Positions 48,232-58,808 of a DNA stretch of 64,000 nt are shown piece by piece. This DNA is from Alphaproteobacteria bacterium (lineage in GTDB: Bacteria; Pseudomonadota; Alphaproteobacteria; UBA828). The notes beneath the pieces are model-generated. The model ran no database searches, was not told the DNA's origin, and was given only the letters and a program-made list of their open reading frames with translations. How positions within the stretch are numbered: position 1 is the first letter of the stretch; each line of letters begins with the position of its first letter. Location of the stretch: positions 192,001 to 256,000 of the forward strand of contig CBDCRW010000007.1 of the NCBI GenBank assembly GCA_965221125.1. The letters run 5' to 3'. Made by a program: the position numbers and the translations under genes.

Positions 48232-50100
48232 ATGGCAGAAGCAGCATTGACGCTTGAGGACGTGCCGCGCGAGGAGCTGGAATCGGCCGTGATCCGCTTC
48301 GCGGGAGATTCCGGCGACGGCATGCAGCTCACCGGCGGACGCTTTACCGAGACCACCGCGCTTGCCGGCAACGACCTCACCACCTTCCCCGATTTCCCGG
48401 CCGAGATCAGGGCGCCGATCGGCACCACCTACGGCGTCTCCGCCTTCCAGATCAACTTCGGCTCGCGCAACGTGATGACCTCCGGCGACGTGCCGGACGT
48501 ACTGGTCTGCATGAATCCCGCGGCGCTCAAGGTCAACATCGGCGACCTGCGCGAAGGCGGCCTCGTCATCGTCGATACCGGCACGTTTACCGACAAGAAC
48601 CTGCAGAAGGCCGGCTACGACGCCAACCCGCTCGACGACGAGAGCCTGTCCCGCTACCGCGTCATGGCGATCGACATCTCGAAGCTCACGCTGGAGGCGG
48701 TGAAGGAGTGCGACGTCTCCAAGAAGGAGGGGCTGCGCGCCAAGAACCTCTGGACCCTCGGCCTGATCTACTGGCTCTACGACCGCGACATCGTGGCGAC
48801 CGTGACCTGGCTCGACGCCAAGTTCAAGAAGCTGCCGAACATCGCCGCCGCTAACATCGCCTGCCTCAAGGCGGGCCACGCCTTCGGCGAGACGGCGGAG
48901 CTGCCCGACGGCGCGCTCGTCTACGAGATCAAGCCCGCGACCTTCCAGCCGGGGCTCTACCGCACCGTCACCGGGACGGAAGCGCTGGCCTGGGGCCTCG
49001 TGGCGGGCGCGAAGCTCGCCGACTTGCGGCTCGTGTTCAGCTCTTACCCCATCACGCCGGCCTCGTCGGTGCTGCACGTGCTGGCCCGGCTCAAGGCCTA
49101 CGACGTGGTGACCTTCCAGGCCGAGGACGAGATCGCCGCGGCAGGCGCCGCCATCGGCGCGTCCTACGCGGGCTCCCTCGGCGTGACCTCGAGCTCCGGC
49201 CCCGGCGTCGCGCTCAAGACCGAGGCGCTCGGCCTCGCGATCACCGCCGAGCTGCCGCTCATCCTCGTCAACTCCCAGCGCGCCGGGCCGTCCACCGGCA
49301 TGCCGACCAAGACCGAGCAGTCGGACCTCTACCTCGCCGTCTACGGCCGCAACGCGGACGCGCCGCTGGTGGTGCTCGCGGCGCGCTCCTCGGCGGACGC
49401 CTTCGACGTGGCCATCGAGGCGGTGCGCCTCGCCACCCGCTACATGACGCCGGTCGTCGTGCTGACCGACACCTTCATCGCCAACGCGGCCGAGCCCTGG
49501 CGGCTGCCGGATGTGAGCGCGCTCGCGCCCTTCCCCGTGGAGTTCCGCACCGAGACCGAGGGCTTCCAGCCCTATGAGCGCGACCCGGAGACGCTGGCCC
49601 GGCCCTGGGTGCGCCCCGGCACGCCCGGCCTCGAGCACCGCATCGGCGGGCTGGAGAAGGACTACGCCACGGGCAACGTCTCCTACGACCCCGAGAACCA
49701 CCAGCGCATGACCGACGTGCGGCACGAGAAGATCGCCCGCATCGCGAACGATATCCCCGAGCAGGCGGTCGATCAGGGGCCCGAGAGCGGCCCCCTCGCG
49801 GTGGTCGGCTGGGGCTCCACCTACGGGCCGATCAGCCGGGCCGTCGAGCGCAGCCGGAACGAGCGCGGCATCCCGGTCTCGCACATCCACCTGCGGCACC
49901 TGAGCCCGCTGCCGCGCAATCTCGGCGACCTGCTCGCCGGCTTCGACAAGGTGCTGGTGCCCGAGATGAACATGGGCCAGCTCACCACCGTGCTGCGCAG
50001 CCGCTACCTGGTGCCGGCGATAAGCCTGCCCAAGGTCACCGGCAAGCCCTTCAAGATCGTCGAGATCATGGACGCGATCCGCGCCCACTCGGAGGCATGA
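48232..50100 (+). CDS. korA: 2-oxoacid:ferredoxin oxidoreductase alpha subunit
   Basis: AGDSGDGMQ, YPITPAS, QAEDEIA, QRAGPSTGMPTK, EMNMGQL. Confidence 0.93.
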   Translation: MAEAALTLEDVPREELESAVIRFAGDSGDGMQLTGGRFTETTALAGNDLTTFPDFPAEIRAPIGTTYGVSAFQINFGSRNVMTSGDVPDVLVCMNPAALKVNIGDLREGGLVIVDTGTFTDKNLQKAGYDANPLDDESLSRYRVMAIDISKLTLEAVKECDVSKKEGLRAKNLWTLGLIYWLYDRDIVATVTWLDAKFKKLPNIAAANIACLKAGHAFGETAELPDGALVYEIKPATFQPGLYRTVTGTEALAWGLVAGAKLADLRLVFSSYPITPASSVLHVLARLKAYDVVTFQAEDEIAAAGAAIGASYAGSLGVTSSSGPGVALKTEALGLAITAELPLILVNSQRAGPSTGMPTKTEQSDLYLAVYGRNADAPLVVLAARSSADAFDVAIEAVRLATRYMTPVVVLTDTFIANAAEPWRLPDVSALAPFPVEFRTETEGFQPYERDPETLARPWVRPGTPGLEHRIGGLEKDYATGNVSYDPENHQRMTDVRHEKIARIANDIPEQAVDQGPESGPLAVVGWGSTYGPISRAVERSRNERGIPVSHIHLRHLSPLPRNLGDLLAGFDKVLVPEMNMGQLTTVLRSRYLVPAISLPKVTGKPFKIVEIMDAIRAHSEA

Positions 50101-50101
50101 G

Positions 50102-51133
50102 ATGAACGATACGGTTGCGATCCCCGCGCTCACGGCGCAGGACTTCACCTCGGACCAGGAGGTCCGCTGGTGCCCCGGCTGCGGCGACTACGCCATCATC
50201 AAGGCGGTGCGCAAGGCGCTCGCCGAGATCGGCACGGACACCAAGGACGTGGTGTTCGTCTCCGGCATCGGCTGTGCCGCGCGCTTCCCCTACTACATGG
50301 CGACCTACGGCTTTCACACGATCCACGGCCGCGCGCCCGCCATCGCCACCGGGGTCAAGATCGCCAATCCCGAGCTCGACGTCTGGGTGGTCTCGGGCGA
50401 CGGCGACGGGCTCTCCATCGGCGGCAACCACACGCTGCATGCGCTGCGCCGCAACGTCGATCTCAACATCCTGCTCTTCAACAACGAGATCTACGGCCTC
50501 ACCAAGGGGCAGTACTCGCCGACCTCGCGCGAGGGCACGCGCTCGCCGTCGACGCCGCTGGGCTCGGTGGATCATCCGCTGTCCGCGACCCGCTTCGCGC
50601 TCGGCGCCGGCGCGCGCTTCGTCGCCCGCGCCATCGATACCGACCAGAAGCGCCTGCCGGACATCCTGAAGGCCGCGCACGCGCACAAGGGCACGTCGTT
50701 CCTCGAAATCTTCCAGAACTGCATCGTCTACAACGACGGCGCGTTCGACGCCTTCGCCGAGCGCAAGAACGCGCCCGAGACGCAGATCTTCCTGGAGCAC
50801 GGCAAGCCGCTGATCTTCGGCAAGGAGCGGAACCGCGGGCTCAGGCTCGCGCCCGGCACGTTCACCCTCGAGGTGGTGACGCTCGGCGAGGACGGCATCG
50901 AGGAGTCCGACCTCCTGGTGCACGACCAGACCAACCGGCCGCTCGCCGGCATCCTGGCGGAGATGGAGCCGCCGGACTTCCCCGTGGCGCTCGGCGTGCT
51001 CTTCTGCAGCCCGGAGGAGAGCTACGAGGCCTCGGTCTACACCCAGATCGACGCCGCCAAGTCGACCGCCGAGGCCCCCGGCATCGAAGCCCTGCTGCAG
51101 AGCGGCCACACCTGGACGGTCGAGGCGCGCTAG
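50102..51133 (+). CDS. korB: 2-oxoacid:ferredoxin oxidoreductase beta subunit
   Basis: WCPGCGD, SGIGC, HGR, GDGD...NN TPP motif. Confidence 0.93.
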   Translation: MNDTVAIPALTAQDFTSDQEVRWCPGCGDYAIIKAVRKALAEIGTDTKDVVFVSGIGCAARFPYYMATYGFHTIHGRAPAIATGVKIANPELDVWVVSGDGDGLSIGGNHTLHALRRNVDLNILLFNNEIYGLTKGQYSPTSREGTRSPSTPLGSVDHPLSATRFALGAGARFVARAIDTDQKRLPDILKAAHAHKGTSFLEIFQNCIVYNDGAFDAFAERKNAPETQIFLEHGKPLIFGKERNRGLRLAPGTFTLEVVTLGEDGIEESDLLVHDQTNRPLAGILAEMEPPDFPVALGVLFCSPEESYEASVYTQIDAAKSTAEAPGIEALLQSGHTWTVEAR

Positions 51134-51175
51134 GCGCCCGCCCGTTCCCGCCGGCGACGGTCGCTTGAGGCCGCG

Positions 51176-51892
51176 ATGATCGAGGCCCTGCTCTTCGACG
51201 TGTTCGGCACGGTGGTCGACTGGCGCACCGGCGTCGCCCGCGAGGTCGAGGCCTTCTTCGCGGGCTCGGAGCATGAGGTCGATTCCGTCGCCTTCGCCGA
51301 TTCATGGCGGGCGAAGTACCAGCCCTCGATGGAGGAGATCCGCTCCGGGCGGCGGGGCTACACGGTGCTCGACGTGCTCCATCGCGAGAACCTCGACGCG
51401 ACGCTTGCCGAGTTCGCCCTGGACGATGCGGTGGACGACGAGGGCCGCGCCCACCTCAACCGGGCGTGGGAGAAGCTCCCGCCCTGGCCCGACGCGGTGC
51501 CGGGCCTGGACGCCCTGCACGGCCGCTACCTCCTCGCGCCCTGCTCCAACGGCTCGATCGGGATGATGGCCCGGCTCGCGCGCTCCGCCGGCCTGCCCTG
51601 GGATGCCATCGTCGGCGCCGACATCGGCCGGGGCTACAAGCCGCAGAGGGAGGTCTACACCGCGTCCGCCGCCGCCCTCGGCCTCGCGCCGGAACAAGTC
51701 ATGATGGTCGCCGCCCACAACTTCGACCTCGCAGCCGCCCGCGAGGCGGGCCTGGCGACGGCCTTCGTGTCCCGCCCCGACGAGTACGGCGACGGGCCGG
51801 TCGGCAAACCCGATCCTGGCCCCAGCGACGATTGGGAGGCCGTGGTGCCCGACTTCCTGGCCCTCGCCCGGCAGATGGGCACGGACGGGTAG
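51176..51892 (+). CDS. Haloacid dehalogenase type II
   Basis: FDVFGTVVDW, SNG, YKP, AAHNFDL. Confidence 0.88.
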   Translation: MIEALLFDVFGTVVDWRTGVAREVEAFFAGSEHEVDSVAFADSWRAKYQPSMEEIRSGRRGYTVLDVLHRENLDATLAEFALDDAVDDEGRAHLNRAWEKLPPWPDAVPGLDALHGRYLLAPCSNGSIGMMARLARSAGLPWDAIVGADIGRGYKPQREVYTASAAALGLAPEQVMMVAAHNFDLAAAREAGLATAFVSRPDEYGDGPVGKPDPGPSDDWEAVVPDFLALARQMGTDG

Positions 51893-51909
51893 CTGCCCCG
51901 CTTACGTCG

Positions 51910-52671
51910 TCAGGGCTGCGGCGCGACGCCGTGGCGGGCTAGGAATTCCAGCACGTAGGTGGGGAGGCCGAACTCCATAAGGTCGGCGTGGTCGGCCTCG
52001 GGAATGAACACGGCCTCCTTGGGCTCGGCTGCACGCTTGAAGAGCCTGCGCGCCTGGCGCACCGGAATGGTGCGGTCGCGCTCGCCGTGCACGATCAGGA
52101 CCGGCGCTCTCACCTTGCCGATCTTGGCGGCGGAATCGAAGCGGTCGACGATCAGCGGCCGGACCGGCAGCAGCGGGAAGCGCCCGGCGGCGATGTCCGC
52201 GATCGAGCTGAAGGGCGCCTCCAGCACCAGCGCGGCGGGCGCGGCCTCGCGCGCGAGGTGCACCGCGACCCCGGTGCCGAGCGACTCGCCGTAGGGGATC
52301 TGGCGCTCGTCGCCGCAGCCGTGCGCGCGGAGGAAAGCACGGGCCGCGCGGCCGTCGGCATAGAGCCCGTCCTCCGTCGGCCGGCCGGGATTGCCGCTGT
52401 AGCCCCGCCAGGTCGTGAGCAGGACGCCGAGGCCGGCGTTGAGATAGGCCCGCACCTTGAAGCCCCGCATGCCGATATGGCCGGCGTTGCCGTGGAAGTA
52501 GGCGAGGGTGGGCGCGCCGGGCACGCGCGGAGGCGCGTACCACGCGAGCAGCGCGAGCCCGTCCTCGGTCTCGAGCGAGACGGGCGCGAGCTCCGGGACG
52601 TCGGAGTCGGCCGGTGTCGGCCGGGTGGCGTCGGGGAAGTAGGTGAGCGAGCGCTGAATCGCCGCGAGCAT
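51910..52671 (-). CDS. Alpha/beta hydrolase (Bem46/ABHD13-like)
   Basis: FHGNAG, GESLG, HGERD, ADH. Confidence 0.88.
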   Translation of the reverse strand: MLAAIQRSLTYFPDATRPTPADSDVPELAPVSLETEDGLALLAWYAPPRVPGAPTLAYFHGNAGHIGMRGFKVRAYLNAGLGVLLTTWRGYSGNPGRPTEDGLYADGRAARAFLRAHGCGDERQIPYGESLGTGVAVHLAREAAPAALVLEAPFSSIADIAAGRFPLLPVRPLIVDRFDSAAKIGKVRAPVLIVHGERDRTIPVRQARRLFKRAAEPKEAVFIPEADHADLMEFGLPTYVLEFLARHGVAPQP

Positions 52672-52680
52672 TATCTGACG

Positions 52681-52713
52681 AAAAGGGCACCGGGCGTCGG
52701 CGGCCCGGTGCCC
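52681..52713 (-). terminator. Rho-independent terminator after the Bax inhibitor-1 gene
   Basis: GGGCACCGGGC-7 nt-GCCCGGTGCCC stem followed by TTTT on the minus strand. Confidence 0.7.
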
Positions 52714-52737
52714 GTCCGTCGCTGGCGGCCGGCGCGG

Positions 52738-53454
52738 CTATTCGCGCGCGGCGCCGAAGAGGTGCAGCAGCAGGATGAAGATGTTGATGAAGTTGAGGTA
52801 GAGCGAGAGCGCGCCCATCACCGACTTCTTCACCATCACGGCCTGCCCGTCGCTCTCCCGGTAGACGTCCTTGATCCGCTGCGTGTCGTAGGCGGTGAGC
52901 CCGAGGAACACCAGCACGCCGATCACCGAGATCACGAAGTGAAGCATCTCCGACTGCAGGAAGATGTTCACCACCATCGCGATGATGACGCCGATCAGGC
53001 CCATGAACAGGAACGAGCCCCACGAGACCAGCGAGCGCTTGGTCGTGTAGCCGTAGATGCTCATCGCGCCGAACATGCCCATGGTGATGAAGAACACCCG
53101 GACGATGCTCGTCGCCGTATAGGCCATGAAGATGTAGGAGAGCGAGGCCCCCATGAGGATTGAAAAGACCCAAAACAGCCACTGCGCCGTGGTGTGCTTC
53201 ATGGTCTGGATCTTGATGCCTAAGAAGAACACGATGCCGAGCGGGGCCAGCATGACGACGAAGCCGAGGCCCGAGCCGTAGAGCACGTTGAAGAGCCCGG
53301 TATTGGCGATCACGTAGGCGGTGATGCCGGTGAGCGCGAGGCCCGAGGCCATGTAGTTGTAGACCCGGAGCATGTAGCTCCGCAGACCTTCGTCGACCTG
53401 CGCCTGGGTCAGGGTCGTGCCGGCGAACGGCCGGCCTTGCGTTCCGAGTGCCAT
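52738..53454 (-). CDS. Bax inhibitor-1/YccA family membrane protein
   Basis: DEGLRSYMLRVYNYM, YGYTTKR, AYDTQRIK, LYLNFINIF. Confidence 0.92.
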   Translation of the reverse strand: MALGTQGRPFAGTTLTQAQVDEGLRSYMLRVYNYMASGLALTGITAYVIANTGLFNVLYGSGLGFVVMLAPLGIVFFLGIKIQTMKHTTAQWLFWVFSILMGASLSYIFMAYTATSIVRVFFITMGMFGAMSIYGYTTKRSLVSWGSFLFMGLIGVIIAMVVNIFLQSEMLHFVISVIGVLVFLGLTAYDTQRIKDVYRESDGQAVMVKKSVMGALSLYLNFINIFILLLHLFGAARE

Positions 53455-53574
53455 CGAAGCGTCCTCTGGTGCGGCGAACTGTCGGATTCGAGGATAGATA
53501 TTAGGAAGCCCGCGGCCCACTTTCAATGCCTCTGCGCTATCGAAGACTCCGATAGCGGGCCGCAGACGGGCCGC

Positions 53575-54339
53575 TCAGGTATCGTTCGCGGGCGTTGAAG
53601 CGGTCCCGAACGCAGGCGCGCTCGGCGTGAGCTTGCGGTAGGCGACCGTGACCACGGCCACCGGAACGCCGACGGTGAGGAAGGTGAGCGCGTTGAAGAA
53701 GGACACCATCGCGCCGGGGCCGAAGGTGGCGAGCACCAGCGAGCCCAGCACGCCGCCCAGCAGGAAGAGCAGCACCGTGATCGCCACGAAGGAGAGCAGG
53801 ATCGCGCCCACGAGCTGAAGCGTGGCCCCGCGCAGCCGGCGCCGCGCGGCCATGAGCCCCTGGTAGTTGTCGACCGCCATCGCCGGGAAGGCCAGCGCGA
53901 ACGGGGCCGCGACGAAGAGCGTGATCAGCAGCAGCACCAGGACCAGCAGCAGGTCCTGCGCCTGCATCGCGACGAGCAGGATCTCCTGCGGCAGCAGGAA
54001 GAGGACGAGGCGGGCGAAATACCTGACATCCCGCGCGCCCGGCCAGAACTGGATCGGCACGTTCGTATCGCGCGTCCCCAGCAGCAGGTAGCGGTGCCAG
54101 GCCACCGCGAAGACCGAGAGCAGGAAGAGCCGCGCGATTGCGTGGATGATGAGCTGCACGGAGGACGCGTCGGTCTGGAGGTCGAGCCGCATCACCGCTG
54201 GCAGCAGCACCGCCAGCACCATGGGCGCCAGCGCCAGGCCCAGCATGGTGCGGAAATTGCGGAAGGTGAGGCGGAAGGCCTCTCCCACCGTCTCGTACAC
54301 CCTGAGCCTGGGCGGCGAGGGGGCTCCGTGGCCGTACAT
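53575..54339 (-). CDS. Hypothetical multi-pass membrane protein
   Basis: About six hydrophobic segments, AVAWHRYLLLG; abuts ybbP stop. Confidence 0.7.
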   Translation of the reverse strand: MYGHGAPSPPRLRVYETVGEAFRLTFRNFRTMLGLALAPMVLAVLLPAVMRLDLQTDASSVQLIIHAIARLFLLSVFAVAWHRYLLLGTRDTNVPIQFWPGARDVRYFARLVLFLLPQEILLVAMQAQDLLLVLVLLLITLFVAAPFALAFPAMAVDNYQGLMAARRRLRGATLQLVGAILLSFVAITVLLFLLGGVLGSLVLATFGPGAMVSFFNALTFLTVGVPVAVVTVAYRKLTPSAPAFGTASTPANDT

Positions 54340-56862
54340 CTATTCCACTCGCAGGAGGGGCGCCGCCTTGCGGCCGAGCGCACGCCATGTGCTCGCGAAT
54401 CCGAGTACGAGCGTCATGGTTATACAGGCAGCGGCCGTCACCGCCACATATTCGGGCAGGAAGCGCCATTGCAGGTCGAGCACCTGCGTCACGAAGGCCC
54501 AGGCGGCGAGCGTGCCGATGCCGATGGCGAGCCCGGCGATGGCGCAGCCGAGCAGGATGTGCTCGGCGAGGAAGGCGCGCAGCAGGTCGCCGCGTCTGGC
54601 GCCCAGCACCTTGAAGACGACCGCGTCGTGAACGCGGCGCTCGTGCCCGGCTGCAGTCGCGCCCGCCAGCACCAGCAGGCCCGCCGCCACGGTGAGCCCG
54701 GCCACCGCCTGGATCGCCAGGCCAATCCGCCCCATGAGTTCGTCCAAGGCCTCGATGATCGCGCGTATGGGAACCGCCGTGATGTTGGCGAAGCGCTCCG
54801 TCACCGCGCGCTCGAGCACGGATTCCGCCTCCGGCGTCGCGCGCGCGGTGGCGAGCTGCGTCTGCGGCGCTCCCTCAAGGAGTCCGGGTGAGAATATCAC
54901 GACGAAGTTGATATCGAAGGCTGTCCAGTCGACCCGGCGCAGGCTCGCGACCTCGGCCGTGAACTCGCGCCCCAGCACGTTGATCGAGAGCGTGTCGCCG
55001 AGGCCGAGGCCGAAATCGCGCGCCACCTCTTCCGTCAGCGAGACCAGCGGCGGCCCGTCGTGGTCGGCGGCCCACCATTCGCCGGCGACGATCTCCGCGT
55101 TGGGCGGCGGTTCGGCGGCGTAGGAGAGGCCGATGTCGCTCTGCACCACCCACTCCGAGCCCTGCGCGACCTTGGCGTCCCGCACCGGCACGCCGTCGAT
55201 GCGGACGACCCGGCCCCGCAGCATCGGCACGCGGCGGCCGTAATCGGCGCCTGCGGTCTCGTTCACCAGCCGCTCGAAGGGCGCGATCTGGTGCTTCTGG
55301 ATGTCGAGGAAGAAGAAGGCCGGCCGCTCGCCCTCGCGCTGCTCGCTGATCTGCGCGCCGAGGTTGCCCTCGACCAGCGCGATCGCCACCAGCACCGCGA
55401 GCCCGGTGCCGAGCGACATGGCGACCGGCACCGTGGGCGCGCCCGGCCGGCCCAGGTTGGCGAGGCCGAGCCGGAGCGCGGGCAGCCGCCTGGGGCGCGT
55501 CCTGCGCGCCAGGACGACCACCAGCGCTGCCGCCGCCCTGAAGATTGCGAGCGCCGCCGGCGCGCCGAGCACGAAGCCGAGCGCGATGTCGGGGCGGGGC
55601 GCGGTGGCGACCGCGATGCCGGCGAGCGCGCAGGCCGCGAGCACCGTGCCTGCGACTGCCGCCAGCGGCGGCCAGCCCGAGGCCGGCGCGGCAGCGCCGC
55701 GGAACAGCACGCCGGGCCGGGTCCGCGCGGCCCGGCCCAGGGGCCAGAGCGAGAAGGCGAGCATCGTGAGCGCGCCATAGGCCGCCGCGAGGCCTAACGG
55801 CGCGCCGTGGATCAGTCCCGCGAGCGGCACCGGCAGGGTATCGCCCATGATGGCGGAGAGGATGGGCGGGGTCGCAGCGCCGATGACGAGGCCCGCCGCG
55901 ATGGCGCCTAGCCCCAGCGCGCCGAGCTGCAGCAGGAAGGCGCGCTGCACCGTGCCGCGCGTGGCGCCCACGCACTTGAGCGCCGCGATGGTGTGCAGCT
56001 TGCCGTGCAGATGGCTGGAGACGGCGCTCGCGACGCCGATTCCGCCGACGAGCAGCGCCGCGAGCCCGGCGAGGGTGAGGAACAGGCCGACGCGGTCGAG
56101 CTGGCGCCGGAGCGAGGGGTTGGCGTCGCGCACGTCGCGCAGCCGCCAGACGCCGTCGGGGAACGCCGCCTCCAGCCCGGCGGTCCAGTCCGCGACCGCC
56201 GTGCCCTCCGGTATCAGGACGCGGTAGCGCTGCCGCACCAGGGCGCCCGGCTGCATCAGGCCGGTCGTCTCCAGCGCTGCGTGATCCATCATCAGCCGGG
56301 GGCCGAGCGCGAACCCCGAGGTGAGCTTGTCCGGCTCGCGCGCGAGCACGGCGCGCACCGTGAGCAGCGCCGTGCCCACCCGCAGCCTGTCGCCGATCCC
56401 GATCGCGAGCCGGTCGAGCAGGCTCTTCTCGACCGCGATACCGCCGCCGGCCAGGGCGTCTGCGAGCGGCATTCCGCCCTCGAGGCGCGCGCGGCCCACC
56501 AGCGGATAGGCGCCGTCCACCGCCTTGAGCTCGACCAGCGAGCGGCCGGCGCTGTCCTCAGTATGGGCCATGCCGCGCATGGTGACGACGTGGGAGAGCG
56601 CGGCGGCGTTCGCCTCCAGGTAGTCCGTCACCTCTTGCGCGAGCGGCTGCGAGAACTGCACCAGCTCCACGTCGCCGCCGAGTATCATGCGTGCGTCGCG
56701 GGCGAGGCCGGCCTTGAGCGCTTCGCCGAGGGAGCCGACGGCGGCCGTCGTCGCGACCCCCAGCACCAGGCAGGCGAGGAAGACGCGGAAGCCCCGCACG
56801 CCGCCCCGCAGTTCGCGCCGGGCGATGCGCCACGCCGTGCCGACCTCGCGAATTGCCGTCAA
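54340..56862 (-). CDS. ybbP: ABC transporter permease, YbbP family
   Basis: ARRELRGG, ELKAVDGAYPL, FFLDIQ, duplicated FtsX domains. Confidence 0.88.
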   Translation of the reverse strand: MTAIREVGTAWRIARRELRGGVRGFRVFLACLVLGVATTAAVGSLGEALKAGLARDARMILGGDVELVQFSQPLAQEVTDYLEANAAALSHVVTMRGMAHTEDSAGRSLVELKAVDGAYPLVGRARLEGGMPLADALAGGGIAVEKSLLDRLAIGIGDRLRVGTALLTVRAVLAREPDKLTSGFALGPRLMMDHAALETTGLMQPGALVRQRYRVLIPEGTAVADWTAGLEAAFPDGVWRLRDVRDANPSLRRQLDRVGLFLTLAGLAALLVGGIGVASAVSSHLHGKLHTIAALKCVGATRGTVQRAFLLQLGALGLGAIAAGLVIGAATPPILSAIMGDTLPVPLAGLIHGAPLGLAAAYGALTMLAFSLWPLGRAARTRPGVLFRGAAAPASGWPPLAAVAGTVLAACALAGIAVATAPRPDIALGFVLGAPAALAIFRAAAALVVVLARRTRPRRLPALRLGLANLGRPGAPTVPVAMSLGTGLAVLVAIALVEGNLGAQISEQREGERPAFFFLDIQKHQIAPFERLVNETAGADYGRRVPMLRGRVVRIDGVPVRDAKVAQGSEWVVQSDIGLSYAAEPPPNAEIVAGEWWAADHDGPPLVSLTEEVARDFGLGLGDTLSINVLGREFTAEVASLRRVDWTAFDINFVVIFSPGLLEGAPQTQLATARATPEAESVLERAVTERFANITAVPIRAIIEALDELMGRIGLAIQAVAGLTVAAGLLVLAGATAAGHERRVHDAVVFKVLGARRGDLLRAFLAEHILLGCAIAGLAIGIGTLAAWAFVTQVLDLQWRFLPEYVAVTAAACITMTLVLGFASTWRALGRKAAPLLRVE

Positions 56863-56866
56863 GGGA

Positions 56867-57550
56867 TCAGCCCTCGGCGGATGCGACGATCCGCCCGTCC
56901 GCGATGTGCACCATGCGGTCGCACTGCGCGGCGAGTTCGTGATCGTGGGTGACGAGGATCAGCGTCGAGCCCCGTTCGGCGCGGAGGCGGAAAAGCTCGC
57001 CCATCACTGCGCTTCCAGTCTCGCCGTCGAGGTTGCCGGTGGGCTCGTCGGCCAGCAGCACGTCCGGCCGGGGCACGAAGGCCCGCGCCATCGCGACGCG
57101 CTGCTGCTCCCCACCGGAAAGTTGGCTCGGATAGTGCTGCAGGCGCTCAGCAAGCCCGACGGTCTCCAGCGCCTCCCGCGCCGCGCCGAAGGGGTCGGCG
57201 TGGGTGCCGAGCTCCAGGGGCAGCGCCACGTTCTCCAGCGCCGTCATGGTCGGGATCAGGTGGAAGGCCTGGAACACGATGCCGACGGCGCGCCGCCTGA
57301 ACGCCGCGAGCGCGCTTTCCCCCAGCCCGCCGATGTCCGTGCCGCTCACGATGACGCTGCCGCTGTCCGCCCGCTCCAGGCCCGCGACGATGGCGAGCAG
57401 CGTCGACTTGCCCGCGCCCGAGGGCCCGAGCACGGCGATGCTCTCGTCCCGCTGGGCAGTAAACGAGAGCCCGCGCAGGATGTTGACGGGGCCTGCCTTG
57501 CTGGTCAGGGTGAGGTGCACGTCATCCAGCACCACCGCCGGATCGCTCAT
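56867..57550 (-). CDS. ybbA: ABC transporter ATP-binding protein, YbbA family
   Basis: [25 protein letters not shown]. Confidence 0.9.
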   Translation of the reverse strand: MSDPAVVLDDVHLTLTSKAGPVNILRGLSFTAQRDESIAVLGPSGAGKSTLLAIVAGLERADSGSVIVSGTDIGGLGESALAAFRRRAVGIVFQAFHLIPTMTALENVALPLELGTHADPFGAAREALETVGLAERLQHYPSQLSGGEQQRVAMARAFVPRPDVLLADEPTGNLDGETGSAVMGELFRLRAERGSTLILVTHDHELAAQCDRMVHIADGRIVASAEG

Positions 57551-58205
57551 GTCACCCCGCCGCTTCCCCGGCCGCGCGATATCGTGGGCCGCGGCCGCCC
57601 TCTGCGCGCTGCTGTTGCCATGCGCATCGCCCGCTGCCGCAGGCGAGCCCCGCATCGCCGTCCTCGGCGACAGCCTGACGGCGGGCTTCGGGCTCGCGCG
57701 GGAGGACGCCTTCCCGGCGCGTCTCGAAGCCGCGCTCCGGGCGGAGGGCCACGGGTGGCAGGTGATCGACGCCGGGGTCTCGGGCGACACCAGCGCCGGC
57801 GGGCGCGCCCGGCTCGACTGGGTGCTCGCCGATCGGCCGGAGATCGTGATCGTGGAGCTTGGCGCCAACGACGGCCTGCGCGGCCTGCCGACCGACCGGA
57901 TGGAGGCCAATCTCGACGCCATCCTCGCCGGAGTCGCCGGATCGGGCGCGTCGATTCTGCTCGCCGGCATGCGCGCGCCGGCCAACTTCGGCGCCGACTA
58001 TGCGGCCGCGTTCCGCGCGGTGTACGAGCGCCTCGCCGCCAGGCATCGTGTGGCCTTCTATCCGTTCTTCCTGGACGGGGTCGCCATAGTGCCCGCACTC
58101 AACCAGCCGGACGGCATCCATCCCAACGCGGCGGGCGTGGCCGAGATCGTGCGCCGCATCCTGCCCCATGTGGTGGCGCTCATCGCGCGCCGCAAGGGCG
58201 GCTGA
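57549..58205 (+). CDS. tesA: Arylesterase/acyl-CoA thioesterase I (SGNH)
   Basis: Signal peptide, GDSL, GVSGDT, GAND, DGIHP. Confidence 0.9.
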   Translation: MSPRRFPGRAISWAAAALCALLLPCASPAAAGEPRIAVLGDSLTAGFGLAREDAFPARLEAALRAEGHGWQVIDAGVSGDTSAGGRARLDWVLADRPEIVIVELGANDGLRGLPTDRMEANLDAILAGVAGSGASILLAGMRAPANFGADYAAAFRAVYERLAARHRVAFYPFFLDGVAIVPALNQPDGIHPNAAGVAEIVRRILPHVVALIARRKGG

Positions 58206-58229
58206 GGGGGAGGGGAGCGGGAACGCCCG

Positions 58230-58796
58230 ATGATCCGCCTCTTCGTCGCTCTCGCCCTGCCCGAGGACGTGCGCCGCCGGCTCGAGCTGCTGCATGGCGG
58301 CATTCCCGGCGCGCGCTGGCAGAGCGCGGAGCAAATGCACCTCACGCTCCGCTTCATCGGCGAGGTCGACGGCCCCGCCTTCCGCGAGATCATGGACGCG
58401 CTTGCGGACATCGAGGCCGGGGCCTTCACGCTCGCGCTGGAGGGCGTGGGCCACTTCCCGCCGCGCGGCCGGGCGCGCATCCTCTGGGCCGGCGTCGCGC
58501 CGAACCCTTCCCTCATGCGCCTGCAGGAGCGCACCGAGGCCGTCATCACCGGCCTCGGCCACGCGCCCGACGGCCGCAACTATGCGCCGCACGTCACCCT
58601 CGCGCGCTTCGCCTCGCGGGTGCCCCAGAACCGGCTTCAGGAGTTCGTGTCCTATCACGGCCCGTTCAGCAGCGGGCCGTTTCCGGTGCGCTCGTTCGAG
58701 CTGTTCTCGAGCCACCTCGGCGCCGGCGGCGCGCATTACGAGGTGGAGGCGCGCTATCCGCTGGCGCCGCCGCCGCTAGCGGACGACGACGCTTAG
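58230..58796 (+). CDS. thpR: RNA 2',3'-cyclic phosphodiesterase
   Basis: RLFVAL, HLTL and HVTL (2H motifs). Confidence 0.92.
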   Translation: MIRLFVALALPEDVRRRLELLHGGIPGARWQSAEQMHLTLRFIGEVDGPAFREIMDALADIEAGAFTLALEGVGHFPPRGRARILWAGVAPNPSLMRLQERTEAVITGLGHAPDGRNYAPHVTLARFASRVPQNRLQEFVSYHGPFSSGPFPVRSFELFSSHLGAGGAHYEVEARYPLAPPPLADDDA

Positions 58797-58808
58797 GCGC
58801 TGCCTGCC

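Noticed and set aside
57548-57551. Head-to-head overlap of ybbA and tesA start codons (CATG)
   Set aside because: Divergent overlap of tesA and ybbA is a known conserved arrangement.
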